Assembly: GCF_021869535.1 (NCBI RefSeq)
Contig: NW_026262581.1
Span: 4,960,001-5,024,000, forward strand
Reading direction: 5' to 3'
From: Mytilus californianus
Lineage: Eukaryota
DNA length: 64,000 nucleotides
In this document: in pieces, positions 52,436 to 64,000 of the stretch
Layout of the letters: the number at the start of each line of letters is the position of its first letter
Position numbering within the stretch: the stretch's first letter is position 1
Position numbers and translations under genes: made by a program
The notes under the pieces: generated by a model
The model's database searches: none
The model's input: the letters and a program-made list of their open reading frames with translations, nothing else
Told to the model about the DNA's origin: nothing

Positions 52436-52441
52436 AATAAA
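52436..52441 (+). terminator. Candidate polyadenylation signal for the 123-aa ORF
   Basis: AATAAA about 250 nt after the stop, followed by a T/GT-rich tract; TTTTAT at 52401-52406. Confidence 0.4.
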
Positions 52442-53794
52442 TCAATGTTTAAGTGTTTTGTTATTCTTTTTTTTTATTTAATCTATTGCTTAATTATAGA
52501 TCTATTTGCATAAGTCAATTTTCGCCAATATCAGTCATTATACGGACGCAGGCGAAAGACTGTGTTTCCAGTAGTTCAAAAAACGGATTCTTATGAAATC
52601 GTGTGCCTTCTTTTACTTTTTAGGGATCTTAACCAAAGTAGATCTATACTAGATTAAGCATAACCGTAACCTATACCTAACCCTGACCCTTACAGTAAAA
52701 GAAGTTAAAAAAAATTGCATGCGATCAGCGCAAGTGGTATTCAATATTTTATCGATATTTATGTGCATTTGATACAAGTTCCCAGATTCATAATTTATTT
52801 ATTTTCGTCTTTTGAAGAAAAAAACGATACATATATAATTTCTTTCCGCATTAAAATGAACTTGCATGTGACTAATTGCGCGTAAAAAAGCAAAGGCAAA
52901 TTTTCTCTTTATTTATTTCAAAATCAGGGTCATTTGCACACGTCTACGAATCATTGTTTCTAAACATTATTCAAACCAGATTACAAATGCTTATAGACCT
53001 TTCAAAAACACAACTGATCAAACATTGAAAAGGAATGTCGTGATATAGCAATTCATTTTAGAATATAAAAAAAGATAGAGAGGACACCAATTTGTACACA
53101 TTTTCCACCAGAATACTTTATAACTATACACGAGTTGTCTCGTAGAGAGTCGACATAATAATGCAATTCAATATCTGCGATACATTTCAAAACAGGAATT
53201 AGAATGAAATAAAATTTTATGAAAGAAATGTATATTTTTACAGCAGTTTAACCTTCATTACAAATTTTGTTTTATTAAACAACAAAACGATTTGAAAACA
53301 GATGTGTATCAGTCAATGCTGACAGTTATAAGTCAGAGAAACCATGGTTATCTATTAGTTGAAATTTGGCTTTGAACAAGCTTCCATTATCTGCGAGTAC
53401 TCTTAGTTCGGTAATGTGTCTTTGTGTAGCTGCATGCCTTTTTTGGGGTGCTTGATAAAGATCGAATGAGTCAAGCCAACTAATTTTTGATGTTGGTCCT
53501 TATGTTGTGCTGTAACAACAATTTCTCGGGAAAGGGCAGGTTGTGCGCTCAATTTTTCCTCACCACCTTCTTTATGTGCCTGTTCTTAGCCAGGAGCTTT
53601 AAATCCAGTAGGTGTCGTTGGTTGTTGTCTGTCATTATTATTTTTCGTTTTGTGTTAGTATAAATCATGACGTAATTTTTTTGGAGCTGTTTCTCATTAA
53701 GCTTTATGAAAAAGTATGATGATATCAAAAGGGTCCATTTGATATACAAGCGAAGAATGAAGGACCACAACATGACCAATCAAATAACAAGAAA

Positions 53795-56724
53795 TGAATT
53801 CTGATGCACCAAACGGAAGGGTAATTTCCGCTCCTATGGTAACCTAATATACAGATATGCCTTTAAAGGTCAAATGAGTTATGAAGTGCTTTTCCTGTAC
53901 TGATTTTTTATTGTATGTTCTTTCGTGTACCTTTTCTTTGTCCTGTGATCGAAATAAAAAGGAAGAAGTTTTTAGACCCCAAAAACTGTCTTATCCTGCA
54001 TAAAGTTCATATGCCTTTCCAAAGTGTCAGGAACCTGTCAGTTGTGGACTTGTGTCATATTTCAATGTTTGTTATTTGTAGAGTACAGTGTTGATGTGGT
54101 GATGACAGATCTTTGATAGTCTCTTTTTAATCCATTTACAGCTGTTTAGACTCGAGTTTGACATATTACAAAGACACTTGGTTGTTGTATGTTGACCTCT
54201 AGATGATTTTTTTATTATGTGTGTCTTTTTTTTTTAACTATTTGCCACTGGACATTTATCAAACATCAATACATCAATCAATCAGTCGTTTTTGAATTAA
54301 GGATTTTTTTATAGCTAATGTAAGTCCGCCAATATGGAGAGGTAGCAAGTACCAGAATACCACGAGATTCTCTGAACATGATTGCATATTAGCATTAAGA
54401 GAAATGTTAAATAGAATTGCACTTGTATGCAAACAAGATGAAATCACAGGAACGTCACATCATGTACTCGAGCGGTCCAAAATTTGTTGGTTTAGTATTT
54501 TAAACAAATATTTTACGAAAAGATTTTCTCGGGTTTAATTTCAAAATAGATGGAAACACAAAAGTTTTATATAAAATGTATTAAATGTCGATTCATATTT
54601 TGCCATACTTTTACAGGAGGAATGGCTAATGTCCCATTAGTTTGTTTAACTCTGAGTCGAACTAGAAAACTGAGATTTGGATATCATAAAAGTTCTCTAA
54701 AGAGACTGAAATTTATCAATAGTTTTGCATACTAGTACATCAGTCAAATAAAAATGTTATTCAGCGTTGCATATATTAAAGACACTTATTTGGATACTAT
54801 ATTGTAACTGTTTTTGCATCGGAGGAAATAATTAACCAACATTAATAAATGTATATCAGAAAGACTATACACAGTTTTACATTCAATAGAATGTCTTCCT
54901 TGTACATTGTTTGATGAATCCTCAAATTTTGCCAAAATCAATAACACTTGCTGTTTTGAGGTATCTTAATGCATTCATAATGCACATATAAAGCTTTAAT
55001 ACTGTGAATTTGATTAAATATTGAAAGATTTTTTTTAAATGGACCAGGTGGGGAAAAATTAAGGAGAAATTCGATGTATCTCAAAGACAAGGGAAGGTCA
55101 GCGTATAATTGGAAATATTCTGAAAAAATGAGTCTATCATATTCTTGTTTTTATTTTGAATTCTGATGCACCAAACGGAAGGGTAATTTCCGCTCCTATG
55201 GTAACCTAATATACAGATATGCCTTTAAAGGTCAAATGAGTTATGAAGTGCTTTTCCTGTACTGATTTTTTATTGTATGTTCTTTCGTGTACCTTTTCTT
55301 TGTCCTGTGATCGAAATAAAAAGGAAGAAGTTTTTAGACCCCAAAAACTGTCTTATCCTGCATAAAGTTCATATGCCTTTCCAAAGTGTCAGGAACCTGT
55401 CAGTTGTGGACTTGTGTCATATTTCAATGTTTGTTATTTGTAGAGTACAGTGTTGATGTGGTGATGACAGATCTTTGATAGTCTCTTTTTAATCCATTTA
55501 CAGCTGTTTAGACTCGAGTTTGACATATTACAAAGACACTTGGTTGTTGTATGTTGACCTCTAGATGATTTTTTTATTATGTGTGTCTTTTTTTTTTAAC
55601 TATTTGCCACTGGACATTTATCAAACATCAATACATCAATCAATCAGTCGTTTTTGAATTAAGGATTTTTTTATAGCTAATGTAAGTCCGCCAATATGGA
55701 GAGGTAGCAAGTACCAGAATACCACGAGATTCTCTGAACATGATTGCATATTAGCATAAAATTATGTATGCAGTCAACTATCTTTTGATTCTTTTCTTTT
55801 AAGTTCAGTTATGTGTTATTTATTCATCACTCAAATTTAAAATTTAAATATACTTCCATCCTTGACCTAGATCTAGTTAAGGATTTACGTGCTTATATTT
55901 GATATAATTTGGCTAATAGTACTAGTAGCACAATGGTTTAGCGAAACACCAATTAGGAAATTAAGAGAAATGTTAAATAGAATTGCACTTGTATGCAAAC
56001 AAGATGAAATCACAGGAACGTCACATCATGTACTCGAGCGGTCCAAAATTTGTTGGTTTAGTATTTTAAACAAATATTTTACGAAAAGATTTTCTCGGGT
56101 TTAATTTCAAAATAGATGGAAACACAAAAGTTTTATATAAAATGTATTAAATGTCGATTCATATTTTGCCATACTTTTACAGGAGGAATGGCTAATGTCC
56201 CATTAGTTTGTTTAACTCTGAGTCGAACTAGAAAACTGAGATTTGGATATCATAAAAGTTCTCTAAAGAGACTGAAATTTATCAATAGTTTTGCATACTA
56301 GTACATCAGTCAAATAAAAATGTTATTCAGCGTTGCATATATTAAAGACACTTATTTGGATACTATATTGTAACTGTTTTTGCATCGGAGGAAATAATTA
56401 ACCAACATTAATAAATGTATATCAGAAAGACTATACACAGTTTTACATTCAATAGAATGTCTTCCTTGTACATTGTTTGATGAATCCTCAAATTTTGCCA
56501 AAATCAATAACACTTGCTGTTTTGAGGTATCTTTATGCATTCATAATGCACATATAAAGCTTTAATACTGTGAATTTGATTAAATATTGAAAGATTTTTT
56601 TTAAATGGACCAGGTGGGGAAAAATTAAGGAGAAATTCGATGTATCTCAAAGACAAGGGAAGGTCAGCGTATAATTGGAAATATTCTGAAAAAATGAGTC
56701 TATCATATTCTTGTTTTTATTTTG
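53795..56724. repeat. Near-identical tandem duplication: 1362-bp unit, second copy 204 bp longer
   Basis: 53795-55158 versus 55157-56724 (TG shared at the junction); extra 204 bp at 55758-55961; only one substitution seen by eye. Confidence 0.95.
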
Positions 56725-57195
56725 CCATGTAAAGTAAATTTGAACATTTGTAAATGTTCTCAATGAAGAAAACCTTTAGCCTTAAGTTTCTTGCAATATA
56801 TTACTCAGTATAATGCATATAGCACATATACAGATTTCGTTGGTTTGTTGACTTAAAATTAAAAAAAAAAATCGTTCAACTATCACACTTGACCATTGAA
56901 TTCTATAAATTGATATGTGAATACTTTTAATTATCTCTTTGTTTCTTTTCCTCTATGTAGGGATTAAAAACCTATGATCAGATGCTGTCTTTTTCCGATG
57001 ATGTTTTCAGTAATCTCTATGAGTAAACAATTCTTGAGTCAAACCTTTAATTTAAGAAGTCACCAATTCAATCAACAATGTTTTTGGCATAACAGACCAT
57101 GGTTACTATACTGTGTATTTAAAACTTGTGACAAGATATGTAAACATTTCAATAGGTTGTCCAATCACAACAGTAGTCCTTTGTTGAAGATTTAG

Positions 57196-57203
57196 TATAA
57201 ATA
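57196..57203 (+). promoter_or_regulatory. TATA box of the secreted Cys-rich gene
   Basis: TATAAATA located 57 bp upstream of the signal-peptide ATG. Confidence 0.6.
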
Positions 57204-57252
57204 AAGTAATTTAAATAGTTCTACAAATTGTGCGGTCCTACAGAAGACAACT

Positions 57253-57308
57253 ATGAAACTCTTACTTAGTTTGTGTCTGTTGGTGGTACTTATACAATAC
57301 GTTCACGG
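57253..57308 (+). CDS. Signal-peptide exon (MKLLLSLCLLVVLIQYVHG)
   Basis: Classic n/h/c-region signal peptide; donor GG|gtaagt, phase 2. Confidence 0.78.
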
Positions 57309-58098
57309 GTAAGTCTACACATATGACTAGTTCATTGGAAGCCATACAATTTAACAGTGTCTGAATCTGCAGCAAGTGACAATTCTTCGTGTGTATTGGT
57401 GGAGTTTTATGCAATTTCTATTTTGAATCTACCATTCTTTGTTTTGAAAAGCAGAGAGTGACTAGAACTGACAATTGGTTCATTTATGACAAATTATATG
57501 AAGTGAAGTACCTAGAAATTATCATAATAGATTTTTTATTACAGCCAATTGTGTTAGCGAAGTAGTTTTTTTTCAAAGAAAGTTCTGACGACTTTCTTTG
57601 ACAATGTCCATTGTTATTATAGTCAAATCATATTTGATACAAGTTTTTACATTGATGACTGATTCCATATTCCAATTTTATATTGATTGCAACAATGCAA
57701 TAAGCATAACTTGTATTCATTTTGATGGACAAGATATCTAAACCCTTTCTAGTTTGAATTTTGTCCCTATCTATTAAAGTGCTACATTTGGCATTTTTGG
57801 GGAATGGTTGGCATTATTATTAGGGGTTAGTTATTTACTTTAAAACTCCACGTGATTGTACAGTAGACGGCAAATGTCAGAGTTTAGTTTAATTTTTAAG
57901 CGATTATCACAACTTAGTAACTCGTTATCACGACTAAGCTAAATTGTTTTAAAGAGTTACTAAGTTTTGATAACAAGTTAGCCAAGTCGAAAATAATACT
58001 ACACCCTGACATTAACCGGCTTCCATATGATTGTTATATGCCAATCATGGAATTCTTGAATTTCTATATACTAGTCATATAATTATTACATTAACCTA

Positions 58099-58543
58099 TA
58101 GCTGTACAATGCAACCTATGGGAATGCAACAAGAGTATAAATCCCAATAACTGAAAATTATACCATAGCTATCTATGGTATAATTTTCACAATTATACCA
58201 TGGTTTTGTTGGATATGGTCTTCGAAAAGAAAAAGAAAGGTAGGGAGACCTGGCGTTGGTCTCTTGAATTTTTTGACACAAGAACAACAGAGTCAGTGCG
58301 GGGCCACTAAGCTAAACTGCCCACTTTGCACCAGCCGATTTAAATGAATGCCTAGGGTGGGAATCGAACCCACGTACACTCCGTTGTCCTATATTTGAAA
58401 ATAAACAAAAATTCCCTCTCAAAACAACGAAACGAACAGTTTAAAAAATATATATAATCTATATTACTTGAAAATATCAGCTGATTTTCAGTTATTGAAA
58501 TATACACTTAGATTGTATCATCATAGGTTCCATTGTACAGCTA
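58099..58543. mobile_element. TA-bounded MITE containing a tRNA-like fragment
   Basis: 22-bp TIRs TAGCTGTACAATGCAACCTATG / CATAGGTTCCATTGTACAGCTA (1 mismatch); internal minus-strand GTGGGTTCGATTCCCAC. Confidence 0.6.
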
Positions 58544-58723
58544 CGTGTCTAGATTTAAATTTGCCGAGGCTTTTTTTTTAAGAGGGATGGAAAAAATGGC
58601 ACGCCCCTTTTAAGCAGCTTCATATATATGATAAATACATTAGACTTTTTATAACAATAATGTTGGACCGTTAAAATTAGATAGCAACTGGTTACTCAAA
58701 ATGCTCAACTTTTTGTATAATAA

Positions 58724-58871
58724 CAGGGGCGGATCCAGCCATTTTTAAAAAGGGGGGGGTCCCAACCGAGGATAAAAGGGGGGGTTCCAACTATATGTCC
58801 CCATTCAAATGCATTGATCGTCCAAAAAAAAGGGGGGGGGGGTTCCAACCCCCCCTCTGGATTCGCCACTG
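58724..58871. mobile_element. MITE, inverted sister of 43901-44051
   Basis: CAGGGGCGGATCC...GGATTCGCCACTG; the body is the reverse complement of the 43901 copy. Confidence 0.8.
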
Positions 58872-59627
58872 AATTACCTATAATCAACATGTGCATGATT
58901 ATAATCGTGATAATTTTGAAATCCCTTTTAATTAATGTATGACTTTAAAAGCTCTGGTGAAATTAATTTCCTCGTTATTAAAAATTAAGGTTTATAACCC
59001 CTTCTGTAGCCATGTGAATTACGAAATTTTCAAACTGCAATAGTCTCAAAACAGCAAAGATAATGAATAATAGAGATGGGTCATATTGTACATATACTAA
59101 GGGGTAACTTCGTGCAAAGCATTATTATTTATTGTTTCATTGCATTTAATAGAAAAAGAGGATTTTGTGGAAAATAAAACCAAGATTTTTGTAAAAAATC
59201 CACAGACTTTAATACAGAGATTTTTGATATAAAATTTTAATCATAGATTACTCACTTGTTTTTCTATGATGTTCTAGCGTTAATTGTTTACAAAAAGTCC
59301 TCAACAATCTTTAAATTAAAAAAAAAACTCGTGCAGAGTCAATAAAGTCGGGCGCACCCTAGAAGGTGTACTTGAATTGGTCCATATTTATATTTGTTTT
59401 AACCAATATCTAAATTTATCAACTTGTTTTAAGGAAATCATTGCTAGCACTCCATGCAATAATCCTCTTTCTATCAAGCACCGAATTGCCAAATATGAGA
59501 GTACAAGTGGAAAGACTGGATTTTCTATAACATTTCCATATGTTTAGCATTGAATCAACACAAGGGTACATAATCCTTAATAATAAAAACAATTTAACAT
59601 TTCGAACGTTGAGATGAAATAAATAAT

Positions 59628-60497
59628 AAACAGCTGCGCCATGAGCGCATGATACGCCCGTCGTCTTGTGTGTGAATTTTTATGCAATAAGCATAAATAG
59701 TTTCTGACATACGGCGTGACATGCGAAAACCCCCTTTTTTTTTTACAAAAAACTCAATATCTCTAAAATAAAATTTTGAATCAAAACCAAAAAGTATACA
59801 GATCTTTAGATTAATATAACCAAGAAGTGTGTAAAATTTTAAGCAATAATCATAAATCGTTTTTGAGATACGGCGCGACATGTGAAAACCCCCCCTTTTA
59901 AAAAAAAAAAATCAATATCTCAAAAATAAAATTTTGAATCAAAACCAAAAAGTATACAGATCTTTAGATTAATATAACTAAGAAGTGTGTAAAATTTTAA
60001 GCAATAATCATAAATCGTTTTAGAGATACGGCGCGACATGTGAAAAACCCCTCCCCTTTTTTTACAAAATACTCAATAACTCAAAAATAAAATTTTGAAT
60101 CATCACCAAAAAGTATACAGATCTTAACGTTAATATAACTAAGAAGTGTGTAAAGTTTTAAGCAATAATCATAAATTGTTTTTGAGATACGGCGCGACAT
60201 GTGAAAAAAAGCACACCTGTTTTAGTTACTAAGTCCCGTAACTCAAAAAAGTTTTAATCTTATTTTCACCAAAAAGTATACAGATCGTTTGACCATCATA
60301 AGAAACAACTATGTTAAGTTTCATGAAATTTGGATAAGTCATTCTCAAGTTACGGTGCGACATGTTTACGCCGGACAGACAGATGGACAGACAGACAGAC
60401 GGACAGACAGACGGACAGACAGACAGACAGACGGACAGACGCCGGACATTTGTATAACATAATACGTCCCGTCAAAAATTTGACGGGCGTATAAAAA
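59628..60497 (+). mobile_element. HINE/pearl-like element with four ~160-bp internal repeats and a (GACA/GACG)n tract
   Basis: 5' ATACGCCCGTC (59652-59662) pairs with 3' GACGGGCGTAT (60482-60492); 3' hairpin 60462-60492; unit marker ACGG(C/T)G at 59711, 59870, 60028, 60189 and 60352. Confidence 0.87.
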
Positions 60498-60846
60498 CTA
60501 ACCCTAAATCTGGGATTCAAGAGAGCTTCCAAATATCAGAAAATCTGTGACTTATCTTGCGTCCATATCCAGAAAATCTAATTCCTTCGCCATGTTTTCG
60601 TCTAGATCTGTAACGTTATCCGCCACCAATGTAATTGTGCATCCTTCGGTGTCGAAAATTCAGGTCTAACTGATATTCCCGCGGTTTCAGAATCCCGTGC
60701 TTATTTAAGAAAGTAGGCGGAGCTTTGTGTGTAAGGCCAGAAAAGGGTTATTTAGCTGATTTTTATCAAAATTATTTTTAAATTAAACATACAAAAAAAA
60801 ATGAAGTATAAAATTTTAAACATGAAAAGATGCTATAGGTTAAAAC

Positions 60847-61029
60847 AGATATTTCATATCTTTTGGATAGTTTTGTGGCGTTTCGTAAATTATACCATAG
60901 TTTTTGTTGAAACCCCCGGCAACCTCACTCGACCTTCGGTCTCGTGAGGTTAAGGCCGGGGCTTTCAACAAAAAGCTATGGTATAATTTACGAAACACCA
61001 CAAAACTATCCAAAAGATATGAAATATCT
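60847..61029. mobile_element. Near-perfect 183-bp palindrome (foldback MITE)
   Basis: Outer 54-bp arms differ at one position; inner arms pair with small bulges up to a GACC-TTC-GGTC tip. Confidence 0.85.
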
Positions 61030-61099
61030 ATAACATGTAGTAATGCAGAGCATTTTGCCCATATGTAATACATAATTTTATTATTCGTGAATTTTACAG

Positions 61100-61192
61100 A
61101 GGATGTCAGACGTGTTACATGACAGAAGAATACGTGTCAAATTACTTTTCAAGCTGTGGTCTGTTTGGATGGAGTAGATGTGCACGTACAAG
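61100..61192 (+). CDS. Exon 2 of a secreted Cys-rich protein, resembling the N-terminal half of an EMI-type domain (GCQTCYMTEEYVSNYFSSCGLFGWSRCART)
   Basis: Acceptor attttacag|A, donor AG|gtaagg; open 93-nt exon, phase 2 to 2, matching exon 1. The CG.FGW.RC.R pattern suggests EMI; this assignment is inference. Confidence 0.7.
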
Positions 61193-62727
61193 GTAAGGTT
61201 CTTTCCTTCCATCACGCATGTTTAACAAATATTATGTAGGCATTTAATTTTTTTTAAATAGATGGAATAGAAAATTCTCGTTTATCGACATATCAGATGA
61301 TTTTCAAAGGTGAATGTTTTCCTTTTTTTGTTAAGTTGCTTGTTTGTTTTTGTTCTTTGTTAGTTTTTTGTTTGTTTTTGTTTTTGTTTTTTATGTTTAT
61401 TCTCCTTCATTTTTGTTCAATTTGGTTTTTTTTACGTTCAAATTGATAGAAAGTGTTTACATAATATAGTTTTTTTTTTTAACTTAGAAATGCACACGAA
61501 AAGAAGCTTTGCTTCAGTTATCAATGTTACTATATACTAGCTTTTACTGCTTCCACCGGCAATTAGAGACCGGCATAGAACAAGATGTACATCAATTACA
61601 AAACAAAACTATTCCCAGTTCCTCATGCCGTAATATAAAACTCTTAAGCTGGGGAGACACGTCTCGGGTATGATTGCATATTTATTCATCCATACAGATT
61701 GCAAATATGCATTTTTCATTTTCCAAACAACGGTTTTCTCAAATTATTATGTCCTAACTAAATTCTAATGTGATTGTATTTAATGATTTTAAGTTTCTCT
61801 TTATAAATAACAACATTGTAAAGACAGCAATAGACAACAACGTTGATTATCGTTGTTGGCTATTAATGCAACTTAACAGCAACACCTTAACGACTTTTTC
61901 ATTGGTTTCTGTTTGCTATCGAATCAATGAGCAACAATACAGTACTAGTATTTTTAAAATAGTTGCTGTCTTCAGTTTTGGGTTTGAAGTTCGCAAATAT
62001 CTATTTTATTGGCGAGGCGCTGCGGAGCGATCTTCAACACACTAAGAATCTTTTTTTAGTGATATCAGTAATGTTACAATTAAACAGACCATCTACTGAG
62101 CTGTTCCCATCCCTGACTGACTGCTGGTGTTGGTTTTTTTTTTAAATGGTGAAGAATATTACACTTTTCCAACGTCATTGTGCATTCCCTTACACGAGCT
62201 ATAGCCGGCGGTGTACTGTATTTTGCAACTGATGTTCTGTAAATTGGAATATCCAAAGCGATAAACAAACGGAAACTGAATAGAGATTAGTTTTTTTTAG
62301 GCTTTCAATCATACTTTTGATATAATTTATATAAACATGATAAATCGGCAAATAACTTCTCTTGGCTTCTTATGACAATTAACCAAGGATTTCAGTAACA
62401 AGAAGGTTCATACTTTATAAATCTTTGCATTAATTCAATTCGTATTTTGAAGACATACAAAGGACACGGTACACTAAGGGCCGTATTTGGCCCCCTATTT
62501 TGTCACAAAATCATTTTCATGAAACAAATGAACTTAGCATCGAAAAAGATTTGCATATATCTGTTCTTCAGTAGCACATGCGTATTTTATCTTTTAGTAA
62601 ATCAGAAACCTGATTTTGGGTTGCTTAAAGTGCTTTGAATACGTCAAAAGATAGAAAAATGTTGATTTTTGGACTGAAATCCTTCGTTTTAAAAGGCCTC
62701 CGCTGTAAAAAAAAAATAGTAATTAAG

Positions 62728-64000
62728 ATGGCATACAAACGGGGTTTGCCTACTAAGAAAAGAAATTACAGGCTCACGTTGGCGGAGGAACTCATTATGT
62801 GATGAAAAAACTTATCAACATTCTTCTCAAGTACTTCATCAGGCATAGAAACCAACAATCCCTTTATGCTCTAACAAACAACAAAGAGACCCTTAGTAGT
62901 TCAAAATGTACTTCAGATAAAAGCAGACACATTTATACCAGTAAGATCAGAATGGTTTCCATTAACATCAACGGTCTAAGAGGGAAAAAACTCGAACCGC
63001 AGGCATATTTACAAACTGAAAACCCCGACATAGTAGCGCTGTAAGAGACCAAAATCGACAACAGCATTACAACCAATGAATTGATTCCAGACACATTGGA
63101 CTATGATATATACCGCAACGATAGAACAGGCAATGGGGGAGGCACAATGTTACTCATCAAAACACACCTAGACACAGCACCCGTGAAAATCCTCGAAAAT
63201 GGGTCAGAATCTACTTGGAGCAAAATCATCTTGCAAAGAAAACACCATTATATAGGAAGCTGGTACAAACCACCTGATGCCCCTTTGGATCAAATACAAC
63301 TAATAAAGGATCAAATGAATAAAATCAAGAAATTAGGGAAAGCAAATAAACAACCATGCATTCACGTCTTGAGTGATTTTAATTACCGTAAAATAAATTG
63401 GCAGACACAGTTAAATGAAGATACCAACACATGTCTAAACGGTAGTGACGGCCAGCCGTTAATAGATACCCTTAATGAGGCTAGTGCTGAACAATTCGTC
63501 CTGTTTCCAACCAGGGAAACGGTAATACGATAGACCTTTTAATTACAACCTTACCAGGGCAGTTCACAGATATCCACTCACCTGGTCGGTTTAGCGACCA
63601 CGACATTGTCATGGGTACTCTGAGATGCACAATTAAAAAAAGATAAGACCAGAAAGGACCTCCTTCCAATACTCAAAGGGAAACTACGATCAGATGAGAG
63701 AAGATACAAAGGACTTCACCAGAGACAAATACTTCAATGGCCATCAAAACACCAGGAATGTAGAAGAAAACTGGAACATGATAAACGAATTTATGCTAGG
63801 AACCACCAAAATCAAATTTCCAACTAAAACATCAAAAGGAAATCAGACAATACCATGGATAAATAATACATATAACTTCAAAGCCATGATAAAACGAAAA
63901 AACAGAACACACGCCAACTATAAAAAAAAATGAACAGCGTGGGAATAAAACGAAAATGGCAAGAATTAAGACGCACAATTAACAAGGAAATTGAAACAGC
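62728..64000 (+). mobile_element. Decayed non-LTR retrotransposon (CR1/L2-type), APE endonuclease region, truncated by the window end
   Basis: SININGLRGK, PDIVAL*ETKID, YRNDR...GGG, YIGSWYKPP, SDFN, PTR-GNTIDL and SDHD motifs across ORFs 62799..63044, 63081..63533 and 63694..63933; stop at 63042-63044 and frameshifts. Confidence 0.88.

Noticed and set aside
54550-54735. 61-aa ORF present twice (also 56116..56301)
   Set aside because: Repeated only because of the tandem duplication; no coding features.
58300-58390. tRNA gene (B-box GGGTTCGATTCCC on the minus strand); likewise the heads at 28772 and 19803
   Set aside because: No complete cloverleaf; these are SINE heads or fragments.

Overview
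AT-rich animal nuclear DNA with spliceosomal introns and a dense load of non-autonomous transposons. The repeat types (HINE/Helentron-like elements with internal satellites, V-/Meta-type SINEs, a Naiad-type Penelope fragment) suggest a bivalve mollusc such as Mytilus; this is inference. All gene models were assembled by hand from GT-AG sites and exon phases. Genes: (1) a JMJD8-like JmjC gene on the minus strand, 3 coding exons at 2158-5203, continuing past the window start; (2) a probable decayed multi-exon gene on the minus strand at about 12.6-30.6 kb; (3) a complete 451-aa alpha-tubulin on the minus strand (35127-43316) with an unusual P72T substitution and a 5.3-kb, transposon-filled first intron; (4) a compact head-to-head pair: a C3HC4 RING protein with a C-terminal membrane hairpin (minus, 48683-51678) and an intronless 123-aa coiled-coil protein with a PP1-type KKVTF motif (plus, 51815-52186), with only 136 bp between the start codons; (5) the first two exons of a secreted Cys-rich, EMI-like protein (plus, 57253-61192) downstream of a near-identical 1.36-kb tandem duplication; (6) a decayed CR1/L2-type LINE endonuclease at the right end. 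No CRISPR arrays, rRNA or intact tRNA genes were found.
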